From Chrysochromulina tobinii (lineage: Eukaryota), in contig JWZX01003294.1 of the NCBI GenBank assembly GCA_001275005.1, positions 1 through 37,498 on the forward strand: DNA of 37,498 bases, in the 5' to 3' direction. Shown here piece by piece: positions 20,270 to 31,009 of the stretch. The notes below the pieces were generated by a model that saw only the letters and a list, made by a program, of their open reading frames with translations, was not told the origin of the DNA and did no database searches. A program made the translations under genes and the position numbers. The stretch's first letter is position 1. Each line of letters begins with the position of its first letter.

Positions 20270-22941
20270 ATGACGGTCCTTCCCATCTCCGACACGTCCG
20301 GCGAGCTGCCGGACCGTTTTTCCTCGGGCCAGCGCATCAGCAAGCGCGACTACTTGTACATGAATCAGACCGTCGGCTCTTTGCCGCGGGCTGGCGAGAC
20401 ACAAGAGGGGCAGCAGCTGGCCGACACGCTCCTCGGCAAATTGTCAGCAGCCAGGAGCTCCGCCTCGCCGCCTCGCAAGGCCGCCGAGGCCTTGCCACTC
20501 TTCATGCTCCCGGCGCTGAGCAAGCGCCAGCTCGCCTCGAAGGCCGATGCCTTGGTCGAGCAGGCGCTCTCGATCGAGACGGGTCGATTTGCGTCCAACC
20601 AGTCGGCGTGGCGTACACGGGCCAATCGCACCTCGAGGTGCACTCGGCAGTCAGCAGCGACGTGCGCAAGCGGATCCAAGAGGCCGCCATGCTGACCGCC
20701 TCCATGCCGTGGAAATCGCCTCGCGACGAGTCCGAGGTGGCGAGCGTGCTCGCGTCTATCGCCGCGGGCACGACGCCCCGAGCTTCGCAGCAGCCCTCGA
20801 ACGCCACCTCCAAGCATCCCTCGAAGCCGAGCACGCCGCGCGCCGAGGACGGCTCGCGCGCCTCGAAGCTCTCCTCCATCGCCTCAAAGGAGCCCTCGAA
20901 GCCAGGCACGCCGCGGGACGGACAGGGCTCGCGAGGCTCTCGACCTTCGGCGCCACCGCCGGCTTCGGATTCGTCAACTGACGACATTGACGATCGCCGT
21001 TGGGTCGCGACGCGCGCGAGCGTCGTCACGCCCGCCGCCACCGCCGCCGCGGCGCGCGCGGCGATGCTCGCCGCCGGCACGCGCTCGTTTGCGTGCGTGC
21101 TGGGTGCGGAGAGGCTCTCGTTAGCCAGTCGCGCCGCGCTCAGTACGACGCTCGCGCCAGGAGCGCTCAGTACGACGCTCGCGCCAGGGGCGCTCAGTAC
21201 GACGCTTGCACCGGTGGCGAGCCCTCGAAGCGATGCGGCGCTGCTGGGCGCGATGCGTACGCTGCAGCGCACCGCCGTTGCCGCCGAGGGCGCGACCGTG
21301 CTGCTCACGGCGTGCCTGCAAGCGCAGTCCCTCATCAACGCGACTGACGTGTGCTTACTGCTCTGGCGCTCGCCTTCCGCGACCGACGGGCCGACCGTGC
21401 TCCGTCCGTCCGAGCCCGACACGGCGCCCCATCGGAATGCATGCGCTGCCCTCTATGGAGACCAGACGGCCCTCAGGCTGCTCGGGCGCGCCGCCGCGGG
21501 CGCTCACCTGCTCTCCCTGTGCGCCCAGGACGACGCGTCGCCGGCGGGTGCGGCGGTGCCCGCGGCGGGCGCGCCTGGATCCGTGGAGTTCACGGGCGTC
21601 GTCTCGAGCGCACCTGGATCCGTGGAGGTCGCGGCCGCACTCGCCAACGCCGCGGTGCCGCTCAGCACGACGCTGCCGCTCAGCGTGCTGAACCGGTTTG
21701 CCATGAGCCTGCGACGCGCCCTCGCGATCCCGCTGCCGCTGCCCTTCCCTCACGGTCCGGCCCTCATGCTGCTCGCGGATGGTGCTCGCATTCCTGCGGC
21801 ACGAGCGCCTGGCGCGCCCACGACAGCGCCCGACCCACCCGCCGCCGCCAGCGCGCCAGCGGCGCCGCCCGTGGCACCCTACACTGTGGAAGAGCAGCTC
21901 GAGATTCAAACGCTGGTCACCGCTGCTGCAGCCATCTTTCCCACAGCTCGGTCGCAGCCCCCCGATGCGCCCACGGCAGCGCCCGCGTCGGCGCTCAGTA
22001 CGGCGCGCTCCACCGCCGACGGCCCAGGGGCAGCGCGCTCGCCACGGCGCTCGCCGCGCTCGCACGTGCCGACGCATCATCACGTCGCGCACTCGCACCC
22101 GCCGTTTGGGCGCATGCGACCCGTCCGAGCCGCCGCCGGCCCGCTGGCCTCGGCCGGCTCTGCCGCGTTTGGCTCCACGGCCGATTTCGTCACTTCCACA
22201 GCCTCCGGCGGCTCTGCCAAGTTTGGCGCTTCCGTGGGCGCTCCCGCCGCCACCCACCGAGGTTCGCCCAGGGAGATCGGTTCGATGCGTTTTGCCGGCG
22301 GCTCGCCGGGTAGCTCACCGTTCGGTCGGTCGTCGCCGTCGCGCTCGGTGACGGCGAGCGCCGTGGTAACGGCAGGGCTTGCGACTGCATTCCCCGCCTT
22401 CCCCGCCTTCCCCACCTTCCCCGCCTTCCCTATCACGGCCCTCGATGAGCCCGTCTTCTTCCGATCGCCTTCCGCCGGGGCTGCTTCGCCGCGGCATGCC
22501 GGAGTGTCACTTCACCCGTCCGGAGCGCCGTCTTGGCGCCTGCCCAGCACGCCCCCGCACCCACCGGCGCTCGGCACGGCGCTCGGAGCTCCCTCGAGCT
22601 CTCCGATGAAGCCAGGGACGCCGCATGAGCTCGGGCCGTCCCATGAGCCCTCGAAGCCCAGCACGCCGCGATCCGAAATTGGAGCGAATGGTGCGCCCGG
22701 TCGGCCGCCCTCCCGAGGCCGCAAGGCAGGCCAGCCGGGGCGAACGGAGCAGATGGAGGTGGCCGCCCAGACCGACGCTGTCCACTTTGCAGACAGCTTC
22801 AGCAGCTTCGCGAGCTTCGGAGCCCGCACATACCCGCCGCTGCTCGGCTCGTCTCTCGCGGCATCGGCAGATGCGGCATCGATTGCGTGGGCGCGATCCA
22901 GGCTGCTTGGCGGTGGAGGCCATCGCGCGTATCCCTACTAG
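20270..22941 (+). CDS. Ala/Pro/Ser-rich hypothetical protein with a possible degenerate GAF-like domain; apparent frame break near 20600
   Basis: Long ORF with GC3-biased codons. Segments ACLQAQSLINATDVCLLL, ALAIPL and YTVEEQLEIQTLVTAAAAIF recall GAF topology. ALSTTLAP is repeated 3x (27-bp unit). ORF 20270-20695 looks coding in another frame. Confidence 0.5.
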
Positions 22942-23260
22942 AGCTTGGGCAGTCGCCGTCGGCAACGGCATGCATGTGAGATGTGTGCGTGCCTGGTCGT
23001 GTAGTGTATGCGGCGTACACGGATTGACCTTTGACGCGGGACAGCACAAGAACTTATAAAACAGCACAAGAAATTTTGACACAAGTAGGTAGCCTCATCG
23101 CTCATGGATTAGAGGACACGCAGCCGTGGTCGCGGCGGGACGCGCGCACGACGATATTGATGACACCGCCATCAGCGAAACCGACAAAAAGCGTCGTTTC
23201 GACAAACACGCGGCGCGGAAAGGGTGTTCAGGTGAAACAGAACTTTGCCGACCGCGCATC

Positions 23261-24541
23261 ATGGCAGCATCGACCCACGGGCATTTCATCGTTGGCCGCT
23301 CAGCCGGGTGGACATTGCAGCGGAAGGGGCGTGTGCCAGCAAGGCCAGCAACGGCGCAGTTCAACAACTATGGGAGAAAACAACTGCAAGACTTGCGCTA
23401 CGTTCAAGGCGACAGCGGGGGCTTTGGACTAGCGGTGAGCCATCCCTCTGACGAGGTACAGGCTCGTGCACGGCCGATGAGTGCATACATGAAGAAGGAA
23501 ATGGATAGCCTGGTCTATCGGGCCGATCGGGCAGGTTTCATAGTGGATCCTCACACGGAACCTCAGACTTGGCTGTCGCCGGGTACTCAACAGCCGCGTC
23601 CACAAAATGCAGCTGGCGCAGGCCGCAGCTTGACAAGGCCCTCGCCGTCTCCTAACGGCAGACTCAACAGGTCCAGCGCTCTCACTACGCCGAACTGGTT
23701 TGGTGCTGTCGGTGATATTTACCACCCGGTGCTCGATGAGAAACATGGGTATGAGCACCAAGATTGGTCTGCTATTTCTTCAGGAGTATTGCTCGACAGG
23801 AGTGGCCTTGGTGGGCGCGATGCTGCTCCGACGATGGCCGCAGGGTCTAAGTCGGTCGGCCTGGCTGTTGGCGCCACGAAATCCTACTCCGACGAGACGT
23901 CTTCGGCTGAGATTACTGGCTACGGCTATCCTAAGCCGATGGCAGGCCACGAATTAGCAGGCCACAAGTCTACTGAAGTTAGCTCGCTGCCAGTTGCCCC
24001 TACGAATGCGCACTCCTTCAAGAATGTGACTGCGCACAAGCGACTGCGCTCAATCGAGTGCGCAGCACTCGAGAATCAGATTTTCCCGCAAGGCCATACC
24101 ATGGATACATCCGCCATGTCACCAAGGTCACGCACGTTATTCGCGCAATCGCAATCGCGAGTGGAAGAGATCTTCTCACCTGTGCGCACCAGCGAGCAGC
24201 GCGGCGCTACTTCGATCGCTCAACCACGGTACTCGGGTGCCCTGCCGTCCCATTGCAACACTGGCGTCATGACAGCGCCTTCGATGCATTACGATGCAAA
24301 CGACTTTGGCACCACGCGCCCTGCCTTTTCCCCAGCAGTTCGCATAGGGACAAACGTGGCCAGTTACGTCACCGGGTACTCTGCCAACTATGCGGCCAAT
24401 TTTGGAGAATCGCGGAAGGTGCAATCCCCACTGCAGATCAAGATCGGAGATCGGCATTCTCCCACCCATCATAGAGGGTTTTTGGTGAACATCGGCGGAG
24501 TCACGACAAAGGCTAACAATATCGACGCCAGAACGTTCTGA
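23261..24541 (+). CDS. Hypothetical, largely disordered protein
   Basis: Uninterrupted ~426-codon frame from the first in-frame ATG, in lower-GC sequence where long chance ORFs are unlikely. No family recognised. Confidence 0.6.
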   Translation: MAASTHGHFIVGRSAGWTLQRKGRVPARPATAQFNNYGRKQLQDLRYVQGDSGGFGLAVSHPSDEVQARARPMSAYMKKEMDSLVYRADRAGFIVDPHTEPQTWLSPGTQQPRPQNAAGAGRSLTRPSPSPNGRLNRSSALTTPNWFGAVGDIYHPVLDEKHGYEHQDWSAISSGVLLDRSGLGGRDAAPTMAAGSKSVGLAVGATKSYSDETSSAEITGYGYPKPMAGHELAGHKSTEVSSLPVAPTNAHSFKNVTAHKRLRSIECAALENQIFPQGHTMDTSAMSPRSRTLFAQSQSRVEEIFSPVRTSEQRGATSIAQPRYSGALPSHCNTGVMTAPSMHYDANDFGTTRPAFSPAVRIGTNVASYVTGYSANYAANFGESRKVQSPLQIKIGDRHSPTHHRGFLVNIGGVTTKANNIDARTF

Positions 24542-24993
24542 TGAACATCACATCTTGTGACTGTGCACGCAACTCCTGTGGGACGTTTCGCGATTCGACA
24601 TTGGATGTCGAAGAGGCGGCTGCCGTGTGGACTATGGTTGATGTTGTGACGGCGCGGCGGGAAAATGTATTGGCGTGTTTGTTGTGGGCGTCGGCGGGCT
24701 GGGGCTGCCTCGTGGTCGGTGTGTTCTCATGGAGTGTCGTTGGTAGACCGCCTCCGCGGCGCGTGGCGTGGGCCCGTAGCGCGTGAGGCGGACCAGCTGT
24801 AAAAGTGTACTACACGTTCACGTGTGCTTATTAGGTTTGCTGCCTTTACGAAGCGACGCGACGCGTAAGGACGCGGTACGCCGGCCGTGGGCGGCTCGTG
24901 GCCGGGTGCGGGTCGCGTGCGTCCGTCGCCGGCGTGACCGTGGCCCAGCGTTTTGCGCTTACGTTCGTTTCACCGAATCTCAGTATAAGGGAG

Positions 24994-26556
24994 TCACAAG
25001 TCCTCCAGCGCAAGCAAAGCAAAGCGGCTTGCTGGCGGTGGCGGTGGCGCCCGTGCCGGTGCCGTTGGCGTGGCGTGAGGCAGGGCACTGATTGAGATTG
25101 TAGGTTTGGTCGCATCCTCGTCCTCGTCCTCATCATCTTCGTCTTCGTCCTCGTCTTCGTCCTTGTCCTCGTCCTCATCCTCGTCCTCGCGAGTTTCCTT
25201 GTTCTTCGCCTTCTCACGCTGCAGCCGCTGCTGCACGGCCCTGGGCGCCAGCACTGTCGGCGCGCTTCGATGCATCTTGAGTTGATCAATCGCCTCCTCC
25301 ACCTCGGCGATCTTCGAGTCGTAGATCACCTTGGCTGCCACCGCCTTTGCCCTAACATGGGTCTGCTCCCGCTTGGCTGCACGCTTGGTCAGCGCCCCTC
25401 CGGTCGGGCAACCATCCTCAGCGCCCCAAAGTGCCTCCGCCCGGCTAGTCAGAGTTCGAAGGGCCGGGTGTGCCGTTGGCGCGGGCCGCTCCATGAGACA
25501 CCGGCTCAAATGGGTGCCGAGTGAGGCGAGCTCGTGAACGACCGTCCGGAAGTTGGCCCGGAGGGTAGGGAAGTAGGCGAGGAACTCGTCGCCCTCGCGA
25601 CAGCGTGCGACCTCGAGCAGTCGCCGCCGTTGCATCCGAGCCTGCTCCTCGCTCAGAGGCTTGCGACGCTGAGCGCCGCCATGCTCCGCCCCACAGTCCT
25701 TCCGGAGGTTGTGCTCGCCAATGTGGTGGAGCGCCACGTAGCTCGGCGATTTGACTTTGAGGCGACGAAAGCATCCATCGACCGCCACGTACCCCTCGTG
25801 CTCCACCGGATTGAGAGCGCGCGCCGCTGCTTGAACTGCTGCTAGGGACACGGGCGCTGGCAGCCGCGCCGGCGTCGTCCAGCCGTACTCGGCTCCCACT
25901 GCCTCCACGTCGAGCTCTTCGAGTCTCACGAGGTCGCGCGCGCCGATGAGCGAGAGCGAGGCCGTCGCGTGCCGCACGACGATCGTGTGCCCGGGCAGGC
26001 AGAGCTCGAACATGAAGCAGCGCTGCTGGGCGGCCGGCGCGATGGGCAGAGAGAAGCCCGCTGCCGCAAAGGCTTTCCAGAAGATGCAGGCGAATGTGCC
26101 GCCACTGGAGCCGGGCACCTCGCCATCAGCCGCGGGTAGCCTCATGCTTGCGACGTGCCAACAGCCGCCATACCAGTACAGCGTGGTAAGCGAGCCATCG
26201 AGCTTCTCGTAAACGCGCGCCGTGGACCAATCGAAGGCCTCGCGTGTCGCCTTTGCGTTGGGCTCGTCGGCGTTGAAGAATTTTGAAAAGGGCATCATGA
26301 CAACACGCCAGGTATTCTTCTCGAGCAAGAGCCCGCGGCACTCCTGCACGACCGCGTTTGCAACGTCCGACGCTCGCTGATCATAAGAGAGCTGCACAAG
26401 CGGCAGCTGCGGGTGGTGCCGCGCCGTCAGCTTGTACGCATCGCAAAAGTCATCGAGGCTCATGCCCGAGCGTAGCTGGCGCACAGTGCGAAGAACGTCG
26501 CCATGGATATCCTCAACGGGCGCCGAACAATGCTTGGTCGTGGTCCGCGAGGGCAT
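24994..26556 (-). CDS. T4 Rnl1-like RNA ligase with acidic C-terminal tail
   Basis: QECRGLLL, PFSKFFN, nucleotidyltransferase motif I YEKLDGSL, FMFEL, motif IV EGYVAVD and motif V RLKVKSPSYV. Confidence 0.88.
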   Translation of the reverse strand: MPSRTTTKHCSAPVEDIHGDVLRTVRQLRSGMSLDDFCDAYKLTARHHPQLPLVQLSYDQRASDVANAVVQECRGLLLEKNTWRVVMMPFSKFFNADEPNAKATREAFDWSTARVYEKLDGSLTTLYWYGGCWHVASMRLPAADGEVPGSSGGTFACIFWKAFAAAGFSLPIAPAAQQRCFMFELCLPGHTIVVRHATASLSLIGARDLVRLEELDVEAVGAEYGWTTPARLPAPVSLAAVQAAARALNPVEHEGYVAVDGCFRRLKVKSPSYVALHHIGEHNLRKDCGAEHGGAQRRKPLSEEQARMQRRRLLEVARCREGDEFLAYFPTLRANFRTVVHELASLGTHLSRCLMERPAPTAHPALRTLTSRAEALWGAEDGCPTGGALTKRAAKREQTHVRAKAVAAKVIYDSKIAEVEEAIDQLKMHRSAPTVLAPRAVQQRLQREKAKNKETREDEDEDEDKDEDEDEDEDDEDEDEDATKPTISISALPHATPTAPARAPPPPPASRFALLALEDL

Positions 26557-26961
26557 GGATCCTCTTTCGCAAGACCAGGGCCCGCCCAGAGGCCCGCCCT
26601 GCGCAATCCGAGCACACAACGCTTGCCTTCGCAAGTCGCCGCAAGTTCTGCACGTTTACAAAACCAAGGTGTAATGTAAGGAAGCAGGAGGAAGAGCCTC
26701 GCACAAAAACTACTGTGGACACCTTATGTACATGCGCATGCTCGATGCGCATGCCCTCATGGGGCGATGCGAAAAAATGCCCTGGCACGCTGGCTCCCGG
26801 CTCTGCAATGCGAGACGAGACCAGGGACGAGACGCGCACGCTGATACTCTAAAGACGCCGGAGTGAAGACCGACGCACACGCGCACAGGCGCGCATGGCT
26901 TGAGAGACACGGTCTCTCTGCTGGGTTTGGTCGCAGCCCCGGCAGTACCGTCTGGACAGCC

Positions 26962-27645
26962 TTAGCGGGCGGGCCACGCAGGATTCTCGAGCCGCCTGCC
27001 TCCGAGCTGCCTCCCCTTGTGCGTGAAGCTGTGGTTGACGAGCGCCAGTAGCGGCACGCCGAGCGTGTAGAAGGTGCCGCGGGCGCGCCCGCACAGCGCA
27101 TGTTTACGGACGAGCTTGTGGCACAGATCAAACTCGTCCACCGGCACAGTGTCGGCCCACGCGCCCTCTCCGACGGCGTACTTCCTGTAGATTTTGTAGT
27201 CGGCTGCGTCCATGTGAAACTTGGGGTCGAACACCATGGCGGCGATGGCGGTAGATCGGACCTTTTTCGCGAGCACGAATCCAAGCAGCGACTCGAGCGC
27301 TGCGTGGTTGCGCAGGTGCGGCGGCTCCTGCCACCACGTGAAGATGTCGGCGTCGAGGTTTGGCGCCTTGCGATAGTCTGAGCACAGCACCTCGAAACCG
27401 TTGCCGCCCGCCTGCTTGAGCGCATCCGAGCGCTCCCGGAGCTTGCCGCAGTAATGCGTAGCGAGCTCGACCGCGGTGGCCTTTTTGGCGTACTTGCAGA
27501 AGCACGACATGCCGTCCCCGTTGCGTGTGCCGATCTCGATCACCTCTTTTCCGACGAAATGCGGGAGCAGTGACGTATGGACGTCTTGCGGCGACCGAAT
27601 GGGCGTGCCGTCGACGGGCGAGGAGACGATGACGCTGCAGTTCAT
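26962..27645 (-). CDS. Putative class I SAM-dependent methyltransferase-like protein, paralogue of 1346-2191; probably has an upstream exon
   Basis: PIRSPQDVHTSL..FVGKEVIEIGTRNGDGMSC aligns with PLRSPQSVHTAL..FAGQSIIEIGTRNGDGMEC. A short gtaag..ctgcag segment (~27635-27675) would join ORF 27672-27872 in frame. Confidence 0.72.
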   Translation of the reverse strand: MNCSVIVSSPVDGTPIRSPQDVHTSLLPHFVGKEVIEIGTRNGDGMSCFCKYAKKATAVELATHYCGKLRERSDALKQAGGNGFEVLCSDYRKAPNLDADIFTWWQEPPHLRNHAALESLLGFVLAKKVRSTAIAAMVFDPKFHMDAADYKIYRKYAVGEGAWADTVPVDEFDLCHKLVRKHALCGRARGTFYTLGVPLLALVNHSFTHKGRQLGGRRLENPAWPAR

Positions 27646-27918
27646 GGGTGTCGACCGCAGCGCGGCGGGCCTTACGTTGGTGTGCAGCTCGGCGGCCTCT
27701 TCGTCTCCTCAGAGAACTTCACGGGCGCCAAGATGGGCGGTCTCGAGAATGGCGATGCAGTCAGCTCGTGCGTCGTGTGTTCAAGTCCTCTGAAATACAT
27801 AAGGGCACATGCAACACACGAACAAGATTCGAGCCTGGCTGCGCGCCATGACGCATGAGCATGTTGCGACACGGTAGTGATCAGGAGTGCTCGTACTAGT
27901 ATCTCACTCTGTGTATAA

Positions 27919-30051
27919 TCACTTGGCCCCGGCGCCGGTCAGCTCCTCAGCTGTGATCATCAGGGGTCATCAGAGGTCATCGGCAACGGCGCCCCCGCCC
28001 CCGGCGCACCCGCGGTCGCGCCCGACACGGCGCCCGGCGCGTCGATGTGGAAGGTGCGCCTAAGCTCTTCGAGCTCGCCCGACACGGCGCCCGGCGCGTC
28101 GTTGTGGAAGGTGCGCCTATGCTCCTCGAGCTCGCCCGACACGGCGCCCGGCGCGTCGATGTGGAAGGTGCGCCTATGCTCTTCGAGGCTCTTCGAGCTC
28201 ACTCAATTCTGCTGCCGCCGCGGCGCTCGCAAACCCATCGAGCAATGATACCGCCTCGGCCGACTTCTCTTTTGGTCTTCCTTGGCTGTCCTCGGCCTCG
28301 AGCAGCTCAGCCACCTGCGGCGAGGGCTGACCGTTGTTGGCGCGGTTCGCGCGTAGCATTTGAGCCGCCTCGACCTTGGCCTCCACGTCACCGGTCACGT
28401 ACACGTCGCGTGCACGCTGCCGGCGCACGCGCAGGCCGGGGTCGGGTGGTGGCGCGCCCACGCCAAGCTCAAAGACCGGTGTGAAGATGGACTTCACGAT
28501 GAGCGGGCCGTACTCGAGTGTGAACCGTGCGAGGTAGGCCACAAAAGCGAGCGCCACCTTGGGCGGGAATTTGAAAAAGATGCTGATCCCGAAGAGGATG
28601 CGCGCGTCCCACGTGGCATGCTTCTCGTTGCCAGGCAAGCCGTCCCACCCAGCGAGGAAGCCGCCCCACGTGACCATGTCGAGCTTGAAGAAGGCATCAA
28701 AGAAGCCCCGGAGCATCTCAACGGGCTGGGCGCCGAGGAACTCGCCTCCAAAGATGGCAAAGTCGCGTTGGAGTCGTCTGCCGTACGGCCAGAGCGCCGC
28801 ATGCGCCGCCGCTGCCGCCGCGTCCGGGTCAAACTTGTCCGGACCCCGGCGGAGCTCTGCCGAGATCGCCTCGGCGACTTCAGTGGACGAGGCGAGCATG
28901 CGGCAGAGCTGGAAGCCGGTCGCGGGGTGCACGGTGTTGGCAGCGCCGCCAAAGGGCACGACGCGCTGCGTGGGCGTGGGCAGGGTACCGCCCATCGGGA
29001 TGTAGCAGTACTCCTCGTCCAGGATCTTGGTCGGGTCGTACTTGATGCCATGGAAGGCGAGCCGGCGCTCGAGCCGCTTCTTGAGCGTCGCGAACTCGAG
29101 CCGGCGCTCGCCTCGGCCAACGAGGGACGTTTCCTCGAAAAAGATCTCCTTGCCGGGCCCCTCGCCTACCGGCATCACGTAGACGAACGAAGGGCGCTCC
29201 TCGCCATCGTCGTACAGCTCCGTGCCCGCAAGGTGGTCGGTGCGGTAGTCGAAGAGCGTCATCGCCTCGCTCGCGTACGGCCCCAGCGCGCCGCCCTCGA
29301 CGTCGACGCACAAGCCGTATGCGATCTGGTAGCCGGGCGGAATCTCCTTCCACAGGCCTCCACTCTCCGGGGCGTCGCGCAGCGTGAGGCGCGACTCGAA
29401 GCCGGTGGCGTCGACGACGACGCTCGCGCGGATGATCACGGGCTCGCCGCCACCCGTCGGCGACACGGTCACGCTCGAGCCGCTCGCATCGTGCACCAGG
29501 TCGCCATCGAAGAGGTTCACGTTCACAGCGTTCGCGGTCACCAGACCTTCGATGAGCTCGACGCCGCCCGCCACATGCTTCTGCTGCAGCATCTTCTTGA
29601 GCGCCCGCCGGTTCACCTGCAAATAGGGCCGGTCCACCCGCGTGCGCTGATCGGCCGGCATTTCGAACGAGCCGCCAAAGTAGAAATCGGTGACGGCCCA
29701 GTGCTTGTTGACGCACTCGAGCAGCTCGGGCATCTTCAGCTTCGATGCGAGCGCCTCCCACTCGGCCCGCCACGAGCCGTAATTATTGGGCCACGGCGTC
29801 TGCGGCCTCGGATCAATGAGCGCCACCTTGTGCTTGTCGCGAGCCAGCAACGCCGCCATCACGTAGCCGGCCGGCCCGCCGCCGATCACCGCCACATCGA
29901 ACTCGCTGCTGCCAAGCATGCTCGCCGTGCTGCATCGGGATTTGCACACATCGATGGCGGTGCGAGCGTGGGTCGCAGCATGCGTGGCGAGGCCGTGCGC
30001 CGGATGAGCAGCCGCGAGCAACACGGTCAACACCGTCCGCTTCCCCTTCAT
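27919..30051 (-). CDS. LCYB: Lycopene cyclase (CrtL/LCYB type), plastid-targeted; probable last intron 27951-28202 (the unspliced ORF stops at 28174)
   Basis: FAD-binding VIGGGPAG, WPNNYGSW, YQIAYG, FFEETSLV, EYCYIPMGG and VHPATGF, with signal peptide MKGKRTVLTVLLAAAHPAHG. Confidence 0.92.
28021..28199. repeat. 57-bp tandem repeat, ~3 copies
   Basis: cccgacacggcgcccggcgcgtcg recurs at 28021, 28078 and 28135. Confidence 0.95.
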
Positions 30052-30295
30052 TCTCGCTCGCGTTGACCTCGCGCAACGAGATTCGACGAATCCAAAACTG
30101 AGGGTAAGTACATTCGAGAACTGTGTGTCTTCACCAGCGGCTTGGCGCTACACGGGAATTTCGAACACGTTGCTTCCGACGAAGCCGCGCGTAATTCCGC
30201 AGAACTCTCCTTGGAGATGTGTCCTTCGTAAGCGTCCTCGGAGGCGAGCCGCAAGGTGCAGCGAGTCACCACTTCGAATCGCCGGGCGAAGGAGC

Positions 30296-30730
30296 ATGCC
30301 GTACGACAACAACGGCAATTTCATCGAAACGTGTGGCGATGCGTGCATATCCAACCGATTTGCCAAGGATTCGGGCAACGCCGCCAAGGTGGACATTGCG
30401 CCAGCCGTGCTGTGCGGCTTTGGGTGCGGAGGATAGTAATGAACGGCGCGTCTCGAACCATCGCTCACAACTCGAATCTCTGCCTGACATCATCTATTGC
30501 TGCGCGTGCGCAGCGGATTACCGACTCGTGGTGGCATGTGCATCAAGTGCATCAAGTCACGTGGCATGGAAGAGGTTTTCCCAGAGGCAGCTGCTGTGCA
30601 GCTCCCAGAGGCAGCTGCTGTGCAGCCTCCGAACCTGATGGACCTCGCAACCTTGGAGCGCACGCAGCCATTCCGAGTAGAAGCACCGCCTGTGTCGCTC
30701 GGCACACTTTCACCAGCCCGACCTCCATGA
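30296..30730 (+). CDS. Small A20-type zinc-finger protein; exons 30296-30435 and 30514-30730
   Basis: Removing a 78-nt gtaatg..ctgac..gcgcag intron gives PAVLCGFGCGGYGLPTRGGMCIKC, matching the A20 pattern LCx3CGxxGxPxxxxMCxxC. Confidence 0.78.
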
Positions 30731-31009
30731 AACTGCCGCCCTCCACCGACTAGGACGTATAGGAGTCGGGATGGGGATCTCTACTTGCTGTAAAGTTCAT
30801 TTTAGTGAATGTGAAGATGACGAGACTCGAACGACACTTCACCCTGGGACCCAGCGGGGGCTGACGGGTGCGGACTCTCAGGCGCGTGGGCAAAATTGTA
30901 ATTCCTCCGCTGGACCGCTGCCACCTGCCTCGCGTCGTGCGGCGCCAGCCCTCCGGAAGACGAGGTCGCTATCTCCATGCTCAGTCTCGAGAGCGCAGTG
31001 CCTCCGAGC

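Noticed and set aside
20006..20695. In-frame TGA at 20228-20230 between two open stretches (possible selenocysteine or readthrough)
   Set aside because: There is no redox motif context and no recognisable SECIS. The upstream stretch is more simply 5' UTR.
28021..28199. Regularly spaced repeats resembling a CRISPR array
   Set aside because: These are contiguous 57-bp tandem units with no unique spacers and no cas genes, in a eukaryotic context.
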